Source: Sarea resinae (taxonomy: Eukaryota). Taken from it: a DNA stretch of 64,000 nt. The DNA lies in contig JAPEUD010000010.1 of NCBI GenBank assembly GCA_026026165.1, positions 1 to 64,000 on the forward strand, written 5' to 3'. The notes below the pieces were generated by a model. The model made no database searches. It worked only from the letters and a program-made list of their open reading frames with translations, and was not told the DNA's origin. A program made the position numbers and the translations under genes. How positions within the stretch are numbered: position 1 is the first letter of the stretch; the number at the start of each line of letters is the position of its first letter. Shown one piece after another: positions 26,056 to 38,549 of the stretch.

Positions 26056-26227
26056 TACAAGTAACACAGGCTAAATAGTGAGTAGTAAGAAGGTTAATTC
26101 TCTAACTATACTACTACGCTTGTATATATATATAAAGCTATAGTACAGCGATATACTAAGTGTGTAGGTACACTATAGCAATGTGCTAAGTGTGTAGGTA
26201 CAGTGATACTATAGTATAACTGTAATA
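26056..26227 (-). repeat. 3' LTR of gypsy element 2
   Basis: 172-bp direct repeat of 34,329-34,500. Confidence 0.93.
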
Positions 26228-26449
26228 TCTGCCTACTATTAACAAAAGCTCTACGCCTTACAAAGTGTGTATATATAACTATTAGGAAAAATAGTATAAG
26301 AAAGGAAAACTTAAAGAGAGATTATTAGAACGCTTAAGACAAAAGAAAATAAGACGATTAGAGTTCCTCTAGAAATCTTAGCCTAAGCCTTATTTGTGCA
26401 GAAGTATACGTTGCAGGCTATTCCTAATCATTGTCTGCTAGTCACTCTA

Positions 26450-27652
26450 GAGGATATTAATAAGGAATAAGGTTGTATAGAGTCTAGGACATTCGGATTT
26501 AATCTCTAGATCTAGCACTAATAGTGACAATACTGCTTCTAAGAATAGAAGAGAGTAGTTCTTAGCATTAACAAAGTACTATATATTCCTTATATAGAGG
26601 TAGGTAGATAGGTTAATAGTAAGGATAGGTAGGAGGGCCTAGGATTTCTATAGGATTAGGGCTCTAATTATAGAGTAAGTTTAGTTGCTAGCAGCGCTTA
26701 GAGTCCTTAATGTAGTTTCTTCTTTATTAGAATGCTAGAGCGCTAGCAGTGCCCTAGTACTAGTATCTGCCTCTAGGTTTTCTACAGAATTTCTAGGGGT
26801 TTTATTCCTGTCTTTAATAAAGAGTTAATCGCTAGCGTTGTCTATAGAGGTATCTCTATCTCTATTGCAATTAGCATCTCTTCTAGCTTAACATTTGACG
26901 CAGTAATTAGGTATTAGCTTATTGCAATCCGTGTAGAAGTTTGCTGCTTTCTAGATTAGGATCTTTAAGTATAGTTCTAGAATTTCTATAGGTGTATCGC
27001 CTAGTTAATTGTGTAAGGTAATGTATAGAGAAAACAAGGCAATAGGCTTTTAGTGATTATTCTAGCGCCTAACGTTCTTGTCCTAAATGTAGAGAACTAG
27101 CTTCTCTTCCTATGTTTTTTGCTTTCTGCGCTAGTTAATAAGACCTTCTTAGTATTTCTATTTAATACTAGCCACCTCTGCTTAATATTCTTGTATTTTT
27201 TAAGCAGCAATGCCTTATTAGTATTGTTTGTTATTAAATCGCCTATGCTATAGAATATTTGTCTTTATAACATGTGTGCTAGTAGAATTAATAAGGTTAT
27301 AGGTTTTAGACTCAGATCCTACAACTATATAGAGATAGACTTTACGCCTAGCCCTTATAATCTTCTTTATCTTAAGTGTCTTAGCTGCTAGTTTGTCCTT
27401 AGTTATACTAGCAAAGGTTTTTATCTATACATTAGAAGTTATTATATCTTTAATTAGTTTGTCTAGCAGTTCCTTATTAATCTTAAAGGCATGCTCCTTT
27501 AGTATAGCGAAATAGTTTTGCTGTAGTAAGACTTTAATAAGGCGTCTATAGACTCTATTCTATTTAGGCTTTTTAAGTTTAGCGTTCTAGCTAACAATTG
27601 TTTTAATCTTAGGCTTTAAGATCTTAGCGCCTCTAGTAGTAGTAGAAGGTAT
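26450..27652 (-). pseudogene. Extra ORF between chromodomain and 3' LTR of gypsy element 2, with CxxC-x8-CxxC-like motif
   Basis: Minus-strand frame starts ATA-CCT-TCT-ACT (MPSTTT.GA.I.KP.I.TIV) at 27,652; F(Y<C)TDCNKLIPNYCVKC at ~26,890-26,938. 3' end is approximate. Confidence 0.55.
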
Positions 27653-30600
27653 TGTGTATAAAGTAAGGATAGCTAGCTAAGCGATATAGAACGATAAGCT
27701 TTCTAAGCGAATAGATAATATTAGTAACAATAAGAGCTCTCTAAGCAATATAGATTAGATAAGAGGTTGTTTAAGGTAAGAGTTATAAAGTTAAACATAA
27801 GTGTTTAAGTAACTATTAGCGACACAGTGAATATTAATGTTATAGTCCTTTAAGTGATGCTTCTATATTTAACTATAGATTCTCTAATTAGTTAGTCTAG
27901 TATCCTTTAGATTAGTAGCAGTCCTTAAATCTGCCTCTTATAGTTCTTAACTAGTTCTAAGTAGTCCTAAAGGTTATTAATGTTGTACTATCTATTATAT
28001 TCTAGGCCCTAGCCTTTCTAGGTAATAAGGTACTCTATTATTTAGGTTCTTCTATAGCTACGCTGTATTGTTCTCTTATTAAGCACCTTTTTAACCTTAT
28101 AGTAGAGGTTTTCTTTGCTTTCTACCTTGACTTTAAAGGGGTGCTCTTTATATCTCTAGTGATAAAGGTCCTCTTCTAGGTTTGTTACTAGCTCTAAGTA
28201 GGTAATAGAGAAAACTAGATAGATATTCTAGCCTAGTAAGAGCTTAAGTCTATAGGCTAAGCAACCTACCTTGTTAATAATCTTAAACAGTCTAGCAAAT
28301 TATTATAAGATCTTCTTATTTCTTATTAATAGTAGAGTATAACCTTAGTAGAGCTATAGGTTAATATAGTCTCTTACCTTTAGAAACATAGCTGTATAGC
28401 AGCAGTTGTAGTGCAACTTAGCTTGTGTGCTAGCAAGCGCGATAGCTTAGTCAGCGTCGATTCTTACTAGCTAGTATCTAGTCGCAAATTCCTTAAGATC
28501 TTATAGGGCTTCTAGAGGTAGGTTGTCTAACAGAAGATCTAAGGGCTCTTAGAGCTAGAAGCTAAAGTTGATTTTGTTAGCTAATACTCTTATAGAGTTC
28601 TTAGAGTTATTTAATTAGGCTTGTATTAGGGGAAGAATTATAGGCTATTCTAATAGTCTCTCTAGAGTAGCGATATAGTATTATAAGGCGATTTTAGCAG
28701 TTTAGTTTGTTCTCTTAGACTATCTATTTATCTGCAGATAATATATAGTAGAGTATAGAAGTTAGACTTTTAATGTCTTAAATAAGGCCTTCTATAATTC
28801 GCTAAGGAACTTAGAGTCTTTGTTAGAGATAATGATTTTAGGAAGTCTCTAGTCGCCTTTGTTAAGTTTGTTAAGCAGCAGCAACGCCTAGTCCTTAGCC
28901 TAATAATTAGTTTTTCTAGGTATAAACATAACGCGTTTAGAGAATTTATTTGTTACAGACATTATACAGTTAAACTAGTCTAGGTTAGACCTAGGAAGTG
29001 CTAAAATAAAGTCGATTGTTATAGTGTAGAACAGAGTAGATAGCTTAATTATTAGTTGTATAGATCTATAGAGGCAGTGCTAAGGCGTTATATTAAGCTA
29101 GCACTATAGGCAATGCTAGAGGTAATCTTTTATGTGTTTACCTAGCTTTTATATGTATAGTCTCTATGCGACTCGCTTATGCATTTAGTTATACTCTAGA
29201 TATCCTACCTTGTTATAGGCTAGCTTAAGGATATTATAGACTAATTTGTTAGGTATACTAAGTTTCTCTTTCTCTTCTGCGTTAATATAATATAGTAGAC
29301 CTTTATAAAGTTTATAAGGTAATTCTGCAGCGTTATCTTTAAGCCTTGCGTTATTATTAATTATCTCTTTAATCTACACCTATCTAGGGTCTTTAGTGTA
29401 TGCCTAGATTATCTAGTAGCGAAACCCTTAGCTTATTTCAACTAATTCTAAATAGTAAGTGTATAAATATAGGGTATTAAGTATTCTATTAGTGTAAGAG
29501 AGGGTATTATTTATAGTTGCTAACCTTAATAGCGTGTCTAGGACTATATACAATCTGCCTAGTTTGTAGCAGACATCTAGGTTAAACCTTTAGAGATACT
29601 AGGAGGCGCAGATTAGTCTAAGGTTAAGCTTATTAGTAGATAAGGTAGTTAGGCTTATCTGCTTAACAATAGCTAGAGTAGCAGAATAATCTGTATAAAT
29701 AATAGTTAGCTTTTTTAACGATTCTACTATATAGCGGATTTTCTTTATAGTCTAAACTAGCCTAGCGACTTCTAATTTAGTAGGCTAATAATTTATCTCT
29801 GCTTTTAATAGGAGGCAGCTAAGAAACATAATAGGCTGAATCTAGTCTTTCCTTAGAGGATCTTCTGCCCTCTTAACTATATAATACACTATAACGCCTA
29901 TCTCTCTTTCCTTTAACGCATTAGAGTCTATATACAGTTGTCTTATAAGGTTAAAGTAGGTGAGTATAGAGGGCCTTATAAACAAGGACTAGAGGATGTT
30001 AAAGGATGCAAGTTCTTTCTTAGTTAGGCTTACTAGGTTTGTCTTAATAGCCTAAAACTTTCTTTTTATCTTAGTCCTTCTACTAAGGATTCTCTTTATA
30101 AGAATAGTCTTTTATTGCTGTAGTAGCTCTAAGGAAGCAGTGTAATATAGGATATATTGTTATAAGAAGCTAGTTATCCCTAGGTATCTCTTAAGCTCTC
30201 TTAGGTTAATTAGGAAATTAATTGATAAGATAGCTTTAAGTTTTTCCTCTGCTATAGTAAGGCTAAAAGCGTCGACCTTCTGTCCTAATAGTTGCACTAA
30301 TAGATAACCTAGAAAGGATTTTATAGGCTTAAGACATATTCCTATAGCATAAAATATGCGAAATATTATTTGCAAGTGTTTTAAGTGATCCTTAAAGGTT
30401 TTTAAGAATATCACAACGTTATCTACATACGCTTTTAAGAACGCTTAAAATAGTTAGAGAATCTAATTGATTCTTTATTAGATATATACAGGTGAGTTCT
30501 AAAATCCTATTACAGCAACGTTAAATATCTCTTACTCTTTATAGGACACAACTACTAAGTAGTAGTAGTGCTCTTTCTTAACTCTCTATTAGTAGAAAAA

Positions 30601-33600
30601 CAATAAACAGTCTACTATAGAGATAAAGTTAGAGCTATGTACAGCAGAAATTATATCGGTCTAACTAGGCATTAGGTATATATCTAGGACTGTAATCTTA
30701 TTTAATGCTCTAATATCTATAACAACCTAACTCTTCCTTTAGCTATTACTAAGGTCTCTCTATACTACAAAGTATAGAAAGCTAAATAGAGTTTCTCTTT
30801 AAGCCTAGCTTATACAGCTCTAGTTATAAAGCTTGTTAAATTTAGCGTTTACAACGTCTTTATCTAAGGTACCTAGCGAGTAGACCTTAGCTTACAGCTT
30901 ATAAGCGTTATGCTAGTTGTTAACTAATAGGATAGATATCTATTAGTCTTCTAGAATATCTATAGTGTTTCTATAGTCTATCTATAGGTTAGGTTCTTCT
31001 ATAGCTACTTTAGCAATACATAAGTATGCGTTTGTATTATCTGCGCTATATATTGTGACGCTGTTATAAAGGGTTTTTTCCTAAGTTTTGCCTGCTATAT
31101 ACACAGCTTAGTGTATAACTATAGTAGTTAGGATCGCTCTAATAGCTTTCTTTACCTAATTAGGCTTTTGCTGCTGCTTTAGTGCTGCAGGTACAGCTGC
31201 TATAGATTCTGCGTCTAGTGTAGCTATAAAACATCCTTTTACACTATACTTAAGGATATTACCTAGCTTTATATACTTAGGTATAACAATAAGTTTTCTA
31301 GAGTTATTGCAGACCTGTATTTCCTTAACGTTGCTGTTAACTATATAGGTATAGATGCTAATTATGCTTAGAAGTGTTTTAGTTTTAGGCTTAAACAGCA
31401 AATCCTAGTCCTTTAGTAGGTTTTTGTAGTAGTTAATAGGAATAGTTACCTTAGCCTAGGCTAGGATTATAACTTGCTAGGCGGCTTTTACTACTTAATC
31501 TACTAGTTTATCCCTTGTTATAACTAAAAGTAGTATTTTAATTCCTTTACATAAGAACATTATAGCGCGCCTTCTCTAGGCACTAATATTAATGTGTTCT
31601 AGGGCTAGGATATTAACACTAATAAGGACGTTTGCCTTTAAATTGTCTACAATGTGAAATTCTCTTGTGATTAACGCTATTAGCAGGTTAGAGTTACTAG
31701 GTTTGCTCCTAAGCAGGTAGATATTAAGCGTAATGTATTTGTTAGATTAATAGACTGCTGTTCTAATACTGCGAACGCTAATAGGTGATGCTATCTGTTA
31801 GATTAGAGTGTTAGAGGTGTATTTATAAGCAAAGTTCTAATTAATAAGTGACATTATATATCCTAAGTCTATACATATGTTGTAGCTAGTGTTTCTATAA
31901 GAAAGACTGCCTTTTGCTGTAATGTATTGCTATCTTTAAAAGCTATATCTATTACCTTTAAGGTCTGTCGCATCTGACCTAAGGATATACAGTTCGCTTT
32001 TTTATAGCAGAGTAGTGTAGTGTTCTATTGTAGGATTAGCCTAGACCTTATTAAGCTAGGCCACTAAGTAGGACTCTAGCTTATAACAGACGTTTTCCTT
32101 AATGTGCTTAAATATCTTAGTCTAAGATAGGAAAGCTTATTAGTAATTGCAGCATGTAGTTTCACTAAACTTCTAATAGAGGCCTTTTTAAAGCGTGATA
32201 TAATAGGCCTGTATTTTATCTGTTCTGTCGCTGTTATTAAGAGTGTCTAGGTCTGATTCTAACTGCTGTTTAGGCTAATCTATTTGTTCTTAGTTCTGCT
32301 AGTAGGCGAATGCTTTAGGCTAGTAAAAGGAGTCTACCTATGCTTAATATACTTAGTATTCCTAGTAATCTTAGTACTCTTAAAATTCGTTAAATTTGTT
32401 TTTAGCGACAGTATTATTAGCTGTTAGCTAGGGTTATTAAGGTGATTCCTTAGAATTGCCTTAGTATGCTGCTATAGCTGCTAGTTAGTGTAGGAACAGT
32501 TTTCTCTATTATATGTTATTCTTCTAGGTCTAGTTGTTCCTCTAGTTGTTCTTAGAATCTAACCTTTTTTCCTATAGTGCCTTGATTTGCAACTGCTATT
32601 AGTTTAATAGCTGCTCTCTTCCTTGTCCTTACTAGGGCTGCTAAGCTTAGTTAAACTAATAGAAGTTGTTAAAATTGTTAAACTACTAGTTCTAGTTCAG
32701 GTAGTTCTAGTAACCTTGATTTTAGGTTAGGTTTTAGAAATTCTAGAAACCTTAGAAGTTTTAATAAGCATTGCTATTTAGCTAGAACAGAAACTAGAGT
32801 CGCTAGTTATTCTAATTCTAGTTAAACCTACTAGAATTCCTTCCTAGTTGTTATATCTGCTGTTAAGGTTTAAATTCATTGTACTAATTTGTTTGTTTTT
32901 AGCAAAGGATCTTAGAAAAGGCTTCTAATATAATGTCCTCTAAGAGTTTATTAATATATCTCCTTAAGGGTTAATTAAGGTGTATCTATACCTAGGTGAT
33001 AAGACTAAACTCTGTTTTAGCCTGTCTATAGCCTTTTGCTGCAGCTACTAACGTGTTTATATATTTAGTAGGACTATAGCAGTTCTATACGTTTTCTATA
33101 GTATATCTAGTCGTCTAGAATTTAGTCTATAACTTGCTAGAGGTAGGTTTAAATCGTTTTTTAAGAGCCTTACACTATTTCTTAACTCTATTAGAGTAGG
33201 CTACTAATCCTAGTCTTATAACCTCTAACAGTTTAGTATTCTACTATTATTCTGCTTTGCTCTAGAGGTAGGAATTAAGGTTCTAACGTATCTTTATAGG
33301 GTCTCTAGTTAGAGTAGCGACTCTAACTCGATTAGTAAAAGCGTATATATCCTAGTAGAATGTCTTCTTATCCTTATCTATAACGTTAGTGTTTCTCTAG
33401 AGGTTTAGGTAGAAGAGCCTAATTTCTGCAGCTTTTTATTAGCCTAGGTATTAGCCTTCTCTTACTTAACCTAGTTCTCTAGGATCGCTTAGTAGGCTAA
33501 GTAGTCTAGGCAGCCTAGGAGGACTATTAGAGCTAGCTCTTATAGCAGCTATAATTATTGCTTGAATTTGTTCTAAGGCTTAGAGAGAAAGTTATAACAT

Positions 33601-34328
33601 AGTGTCTAGTTTGCCTAGGTTAACTAGGTTAACTGCTTCTAGAGTAGAGGTAGGTAGACTATTAGTATAGCTAGGTGTGACTTAGTAAGGATCTATTTCT
33701 TTAGTCTCTGCAGATAGTTATAGAGATTCTAAAGGCTAGACTAATAGTTATTAGGATAGTTAGACTAATTAAAGTTTAGGTGTAGTAGTTGTGCTTAGCT
33801 TGCTAAGTCTTAGAACAATTAAGTGATATAAGGCACTGCTACTAGTCTGTTGTTCTTACTGTAATTAGAAGGCGCTATCTTTAAAGTTGTAAATTATAGA
33901 GAGATATAATGCCTTGTTTTAAATCTACGCCTTAGGATAACTATTAGGGTTTCTATAGCTAGATTTGCTCTAGTTGCTCTTAGGGCAGGTATTTAGTTAA
34001 GAGTTTATAAGCTAATCTAGTAAAATTAACGTTTTAGTAGGTAAGAGTTCTAGGTAGTGTTTCTAAAAAGCGTTAAGCTGCTCTCTAAGAAGGATTATTT
34101 TATTGTTTAATAGGGCGTCCTTTGCTATATAATTTAGGTAGGTTAGGTGATAGTAACTCTAATAGAGTTGCTTAGTTAAGAGGTAAATAAAAGCTTAAAG
34201 CATAAAAAGCATAAAAAGCAAAAGCAAAGACTAGTAGATTCCTTAGCTAGCTGTATAAAGACAGCCTAGAGTCTCTAAGCAATCTTATAGATTAATTAGA
34301 AGATAGAAAAACCGCTGTTAATACTATA

Positions 34329-34500
34329 TGCAAGCAACATAGGCTAAATAGTGAGTAGTAAGAAGGTTAATTCTCTAACTATACTACTACGCTTATATAT
34401 ATATATAAAGCTACAGTACAGCAATATACTAAGTGTGTAGGTACACTATAGCAATGTGCTAAGTGTGTAGGTATAGTAATACTATAGTATAACTGTAACA
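34329..34500 (-). repeat. 5' LTR of gypsy element 2
   Basis: Reads TGTTACAG...CTTGCA on the minus strand; pairs with 26,056-26,227. Confidence 0.93.
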
Positions 34501-34505
34501 ACTAC

Positions 34506-36800
34506 TTTACTAATAGTAACACTTGTTTCTATCTCTACTTATCTAATCTATACTAAATAAAGTAGTTGCCTTCTATAATACTTGCACTTAATAAAAGACT
34601 ACTACTAAAGGACTAAATATAGTTTAGATCTAGTAATTACTACTACTACTTCTCTAGTCTAAGAGCAACTATAGCTAATATTATTAGATAGTAATAAAGA
34701 GAATTATAAGCAAGCTACAATGTCTCTAATATAAAGCCTACTTAGTTAGTTATCTAATGTTAGCGCTATATCTACTGCTAAAAACGCAGAAGATAGTAAT
34801 AATTCACTTAATCTAATAATATAGAATACACCTACTTAAGGAAGAGAATATTAGTTAGATAGCACTAAAGGTCTAGAAAGTCAACTTATACTAGCAACTC
34901 CTAATAGCTAGATAAGTACACTAATAGATAAAGAAGTATCTAGGTGTAATTGTTTACCTAGAAAGAATCTAAATAAATAAGAGTGTCTTTATATAATAAG
35001 AAGATAAATAATAAGCCTTAGGCTAAATTATATTAAAGTAAACTTAGTTAATTGTAGAGAGAGTACACTAATAAGCAAACAATATATATCTAATAACACC
35101 TAGGCTACTTTATACTTAGTAGAACAGCAATAAATAAGTAGTAAGGCAAATTAAACTATAAGAGAATTACCTATAAGATTCTAAGATCTTCTAATAGATA
35201 GACATCCTATATATAGGTCTACTACTAGTTAGAAAGTAGTAAAACAAACTAACTAAAGAGATATCTTTTAGAAGCCTAACCTTTTTAATAGATAACTACT
35301 AGAAGAGCTTTATATATAGAATCTATTAACAAACACTTTCTAGAACAAATTGTTAATACTACCTCTACTATTATTAGCAAGTCTTACCTTTAGAGTACTT
35401 GTTTTTAATTTTACTTATAGATAATAGGTTCTAAGCAATAATAAAGGACTCTTATCCTCTAGTCCTTATTCTAAAGCAGTTAGTATTAACTTAGACTCTA
35501 CCTCTACATATGTTTTTAATAAGATAGATGCACTAAAAACGCTACACTAATTGTTTAGCACTCTATAGACGTTTATAAATAATTAGAGTGCAGGTTTAAG
35601 TTAGCTTCCTACACTAGATATAAGAGTATATATAAAGGTTTAAGTGTATTTAAAAGAGTGCTATTTATGCTATAGGTATTAGGATATTTATCTAATAGCT
35701 AAGGTAATAATAAAAATATATGTTATTACTTAGGACTCTTTCTTAAAAAGCAATAGTATAGCTACTATCTGTGCTAATATATAGGACTAGGCTTATATAA
35801 AGGCAAAGGCAATTAAGATAGAGCATTAATTTCCTTATCCTATTAAAGACTCTAGACAATACAAAATAGAGCTGCCTATATATATTAAACCTATAGTAAG
35901 TAAGACTATTAAGTGATATTTCTACTATCTACCTACTAACTCTAAATAATTAAATCTTATTAGCTATTAATTAGAATAAGCTAGCAATAAAGATATACTG
36001 TATTATAGTGTTATTAACTAGTAGTAGACCTATATAATCTGCCTCTTACTAAACTAGAACAACTTAAGAGAAAAGTAAGTTAACTACTAAATTAAGATAG
36101 TTTTAACTATTAAGATATATCTATCTATATATAAATCTCTCTACTTGTTTTAGTTATCTAATAGTTTTTAGAGAAAGAAAAAGAGATTATTCTACCTAGT
36201 AATTATATATATTATACTTAAAGAGTTCTTTAACAAGGTCTAGAAACTAGCAAATATTAGTTATATATTAGATGCTTTTAAACAGATCACTTATTAGCTA
36301 ATATATATTATATCTACTACACTCTATTACACTCTCTCTAAATAGAAAGAAAAGAGCTTTACTTCTTAAGATTTTACTAGAGATAGTATAAGTAGTAAGT
36401 AACTAGCTAGATATAACAGCTAATAGATAATATAACAACTAATAAACACCTAGAGGTCTACTAGTGCTAGGTAGCTATATAGAATTTTCTAAGCAGTTAG
36501 TAGTAAAAGGCTATCCTTTTACTAATAAAGAAAGCTATTAATAATAGCAATACTTTAACTCTTAGAAAAGTCTATATTCTAATAGAAGAGTTCTATAATA
36601 ATAGAGGAGAGGATCTAAAGGATCTAGGTCTATTACTTAAAGAACAAGTCAAATTACAAACCTAATTAGCTAGAGCAGATACTAAGTAGTATATTAATAG
36701 TTTACATTATTATTAACTAACTAACCTATTCTTCTAGTTAGTAGATTTGCTGTATAATTAATACTATTTTTTACACTATATAGACTCTATATAATAAGTT
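34506..36800 (+). pseudogene. RIP-degraded gene of unknown function; 5' start (ATG 25,984) separated by gypsy element 2
   Basis: ATGCCTTCTAAACAA at 25,984 runs into the ACTAC TSD, and coding-like sequence resumes after 34,505 (e.g. FPYPIKDSRQYKIELPIYIKP ~35,830-35,890). Confidence 0.45.
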
Positions 36801-37172
36801 ATCTATACTATATAGTAGCTACTAAAATACATATGTATTCTGTATTTATTAGTAATACAGTAGGTGTCTACATGTATTTTATCTAATCTCTAGAGATTAG
36901 TAAGTATAACTACTAGAATCTACTATAGTCTACTAGTAGGTAAAAGAATAGTTATATAGTTAACACTAATATATTATGTAGAAGATATATAAAGTTAGTG
37001 TATTCTATGTAGTACTACAATAGCTGCTACCTAAACTACTATACATGTAGCGCTACAGTGTTAACTGTTTGTAATATAGGTAACATAGGTTATATAGTGC
37101 ACTTGTAGTCACTTGTAGCACACCTCTCTTTTTGCTAATATAGGTGTTAAGACTATGTTATAATAGTGTAGG

Positions 37173-37691
37173 TGTTAGACCTACTTATAGTAGTAGAGGT
37201 TTAAAATATAGAAAAGTTTAACACTGTTATAACACCTATAGAAGGTCTTAGAACTATTAATACTATTATAACACAGTCTTAAACTTGTTATAGAAACCTC
37301 TCTAGAGGCACTTAAGTACACAAGTGATTTGTAATCAATGAACTAATAATAACAAATGTTTTATAAGAATATTAAGGTACTTATATAACCCTTATATTAT
37401 AGAAGCTCTATAGGTGTCTAAGAGGTTCTATACTAGTAGACTTCTAGATAATTCTAGAACATCCTAGAAGGATCTAAAATGTTCTAGGATGCTTAATCAG
37501 CATAGCTATAGAATCTTCTAGAATGTTTTATAAGATTCTATAAGGTTCTACTACAGGCTATAGGGTTTTACTACTTTCTATTAGCTTCTATAGGTGTGTA
37601 AAGGCTTCTAGATTTATCTATACTGTCTTATAACAGTCTGTAACAGTCTAGATATTTATAAGTGACTAGAAGTAAGGTTATAATTCTAACA
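37173..37691 (-). repeat. Diverged solo copia-type LTR related to 87-606, inverted
   Basis: 37,662-37,691 is the near-exact reverse complement of 87-116, and similarity continues to ~37,290. TGTTAGA...TCTAACA termini give 519 bp; no TSD seen. Confidence 0.75.
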
Positions 37692-37755
37692 TCTTATAAG
37701 TTAAGACTGTCTTACAATTGTGTTAGAAATAATTCTAGAGGCACTTAAGTACTAG

Positions 37756-38240
37756 TAGGCTGGCATATAGGTTAGGTTGAACGGATTAGGGTTAGGGTTC
37801 ACCGACCCTATGTGGGTTTCTAGAGTGAATAGGTTATAGAGTATAAAATCCAACCCAATTTACAATTAGGTTGGTTTTTTCTTAGCACTACTGCACGTGA
37901 CATATTGCTTATGTAATTGTAGGTCTAGGGTGTATAAACACTAAGAAAAGTCAATTTCCTATGTAATAAAAAGAGCGTTACCTCTTGTTGTTACTGTTAC
38001 ATCCTATAGGTGCGTGAAACTATGCTGTAAGACATATAAACAGCACCTATAGGTGTGTTCTCAGTATGTAACAGTGCTGAAAATTACATGTTGGATTAAA
38101 ATAGATTATCCTAGGTTAGGTTGACTATTGTTCTACTAACACACTATTAGTTAATAGGTTACTAGACTAGCCTTATCTGGTCTGTGAGCCTTATCTGCAG
38201 AACTATTGGATTGGAAAATCCAGTTAGAGCGGCCACCCTG
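37756..38240. mobile_element. Non-autonomous hAT-type element (MITE, 485 bp)
   Basis: Perfect 8-bp TSD AGTACTAG (37,748-55; 38,241-48); imperfect TIRs TAGGCTGGC / GCCACCCTG (rc CAGGGTGGC); subterminal ggttaggttg/caaccc repeats. Confidence 0.8.
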
Positions 38241-38549
38241 AGTACTAGTATACTAATACCTCTAATAGCTTTATTCCTTAAATTTTTACGCAATAGAAGT
38301 GGCTGTAGCTGTATTATTCTATATATATCAAGTGAGACAAGTACTTATATCTTTACACAATTACTATTAAAAGGTACTTCTAGACTATGTATACTGCTTA
38401 ACAGCAGGTATCTTAGGTATTAAAAGGGTTTCGGCGAAAATACTAGGTATTATAAGCTTCTGCCCTTAAAAGTAAAGTAAAGACCTATGTAGTTGTTTAT
38501 ACTATACTACAGGGAAACTACATATAGAACATGTATTTTATCACAAGCT

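Larger units (their letters stand above)
26056..34500 (-). mobile_element. Full-length Ty3/gypsy chromovirus-type LTR retrotransposon (8.4 kb) with extra 3' ORF, RIP-inactivated
   Basis: 172-bp LTRs at 26,056-26,227 and 34,329-34,500; perfect 5-bp TSD ACTAC (26,051-55; 34,501-05). Minus strand gives CIDLG (DSG) ~31,865, AYVDNVV (YVDD) ~30,420, LPKIIISNKDSKF ~28,830 and chromodomain EYLIT*KG*GLEYNR*Y ~27,985-28,040. Confidence 0.95.
1..38540. other. AT-rich, RIP-mutated nested transposon block (probable heterochromatin)
   Basis: Strong TpA excess (tag/cta/tata everywhere), almost no ORFs >60 aa, and recognisable TE motifs broken by TAG/TAA at former Trp/Gln/Arg codons. Paired LTRs differ only by transitions. 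Confidence 0.96.

Noticed and set aside
3364..31401. Short ORF-track ORFs in the AT block (3364, 18705, 30160, 31156)
   Set aside because: Chance stop-free pieces of dead TE genes or their antisense strands; not functional genes.
2320..37170. Starship element interpretation
   Set aside because: I recognised no tyrosine-recombinase (DUF3435) captain relic or Starship-type termini in this window.
37786..37797. TTAGGGTTAGGG telomere-like repeat
   Set aside because: Only two units, inside the hAT MITE subterminal repeats; not a telomere.
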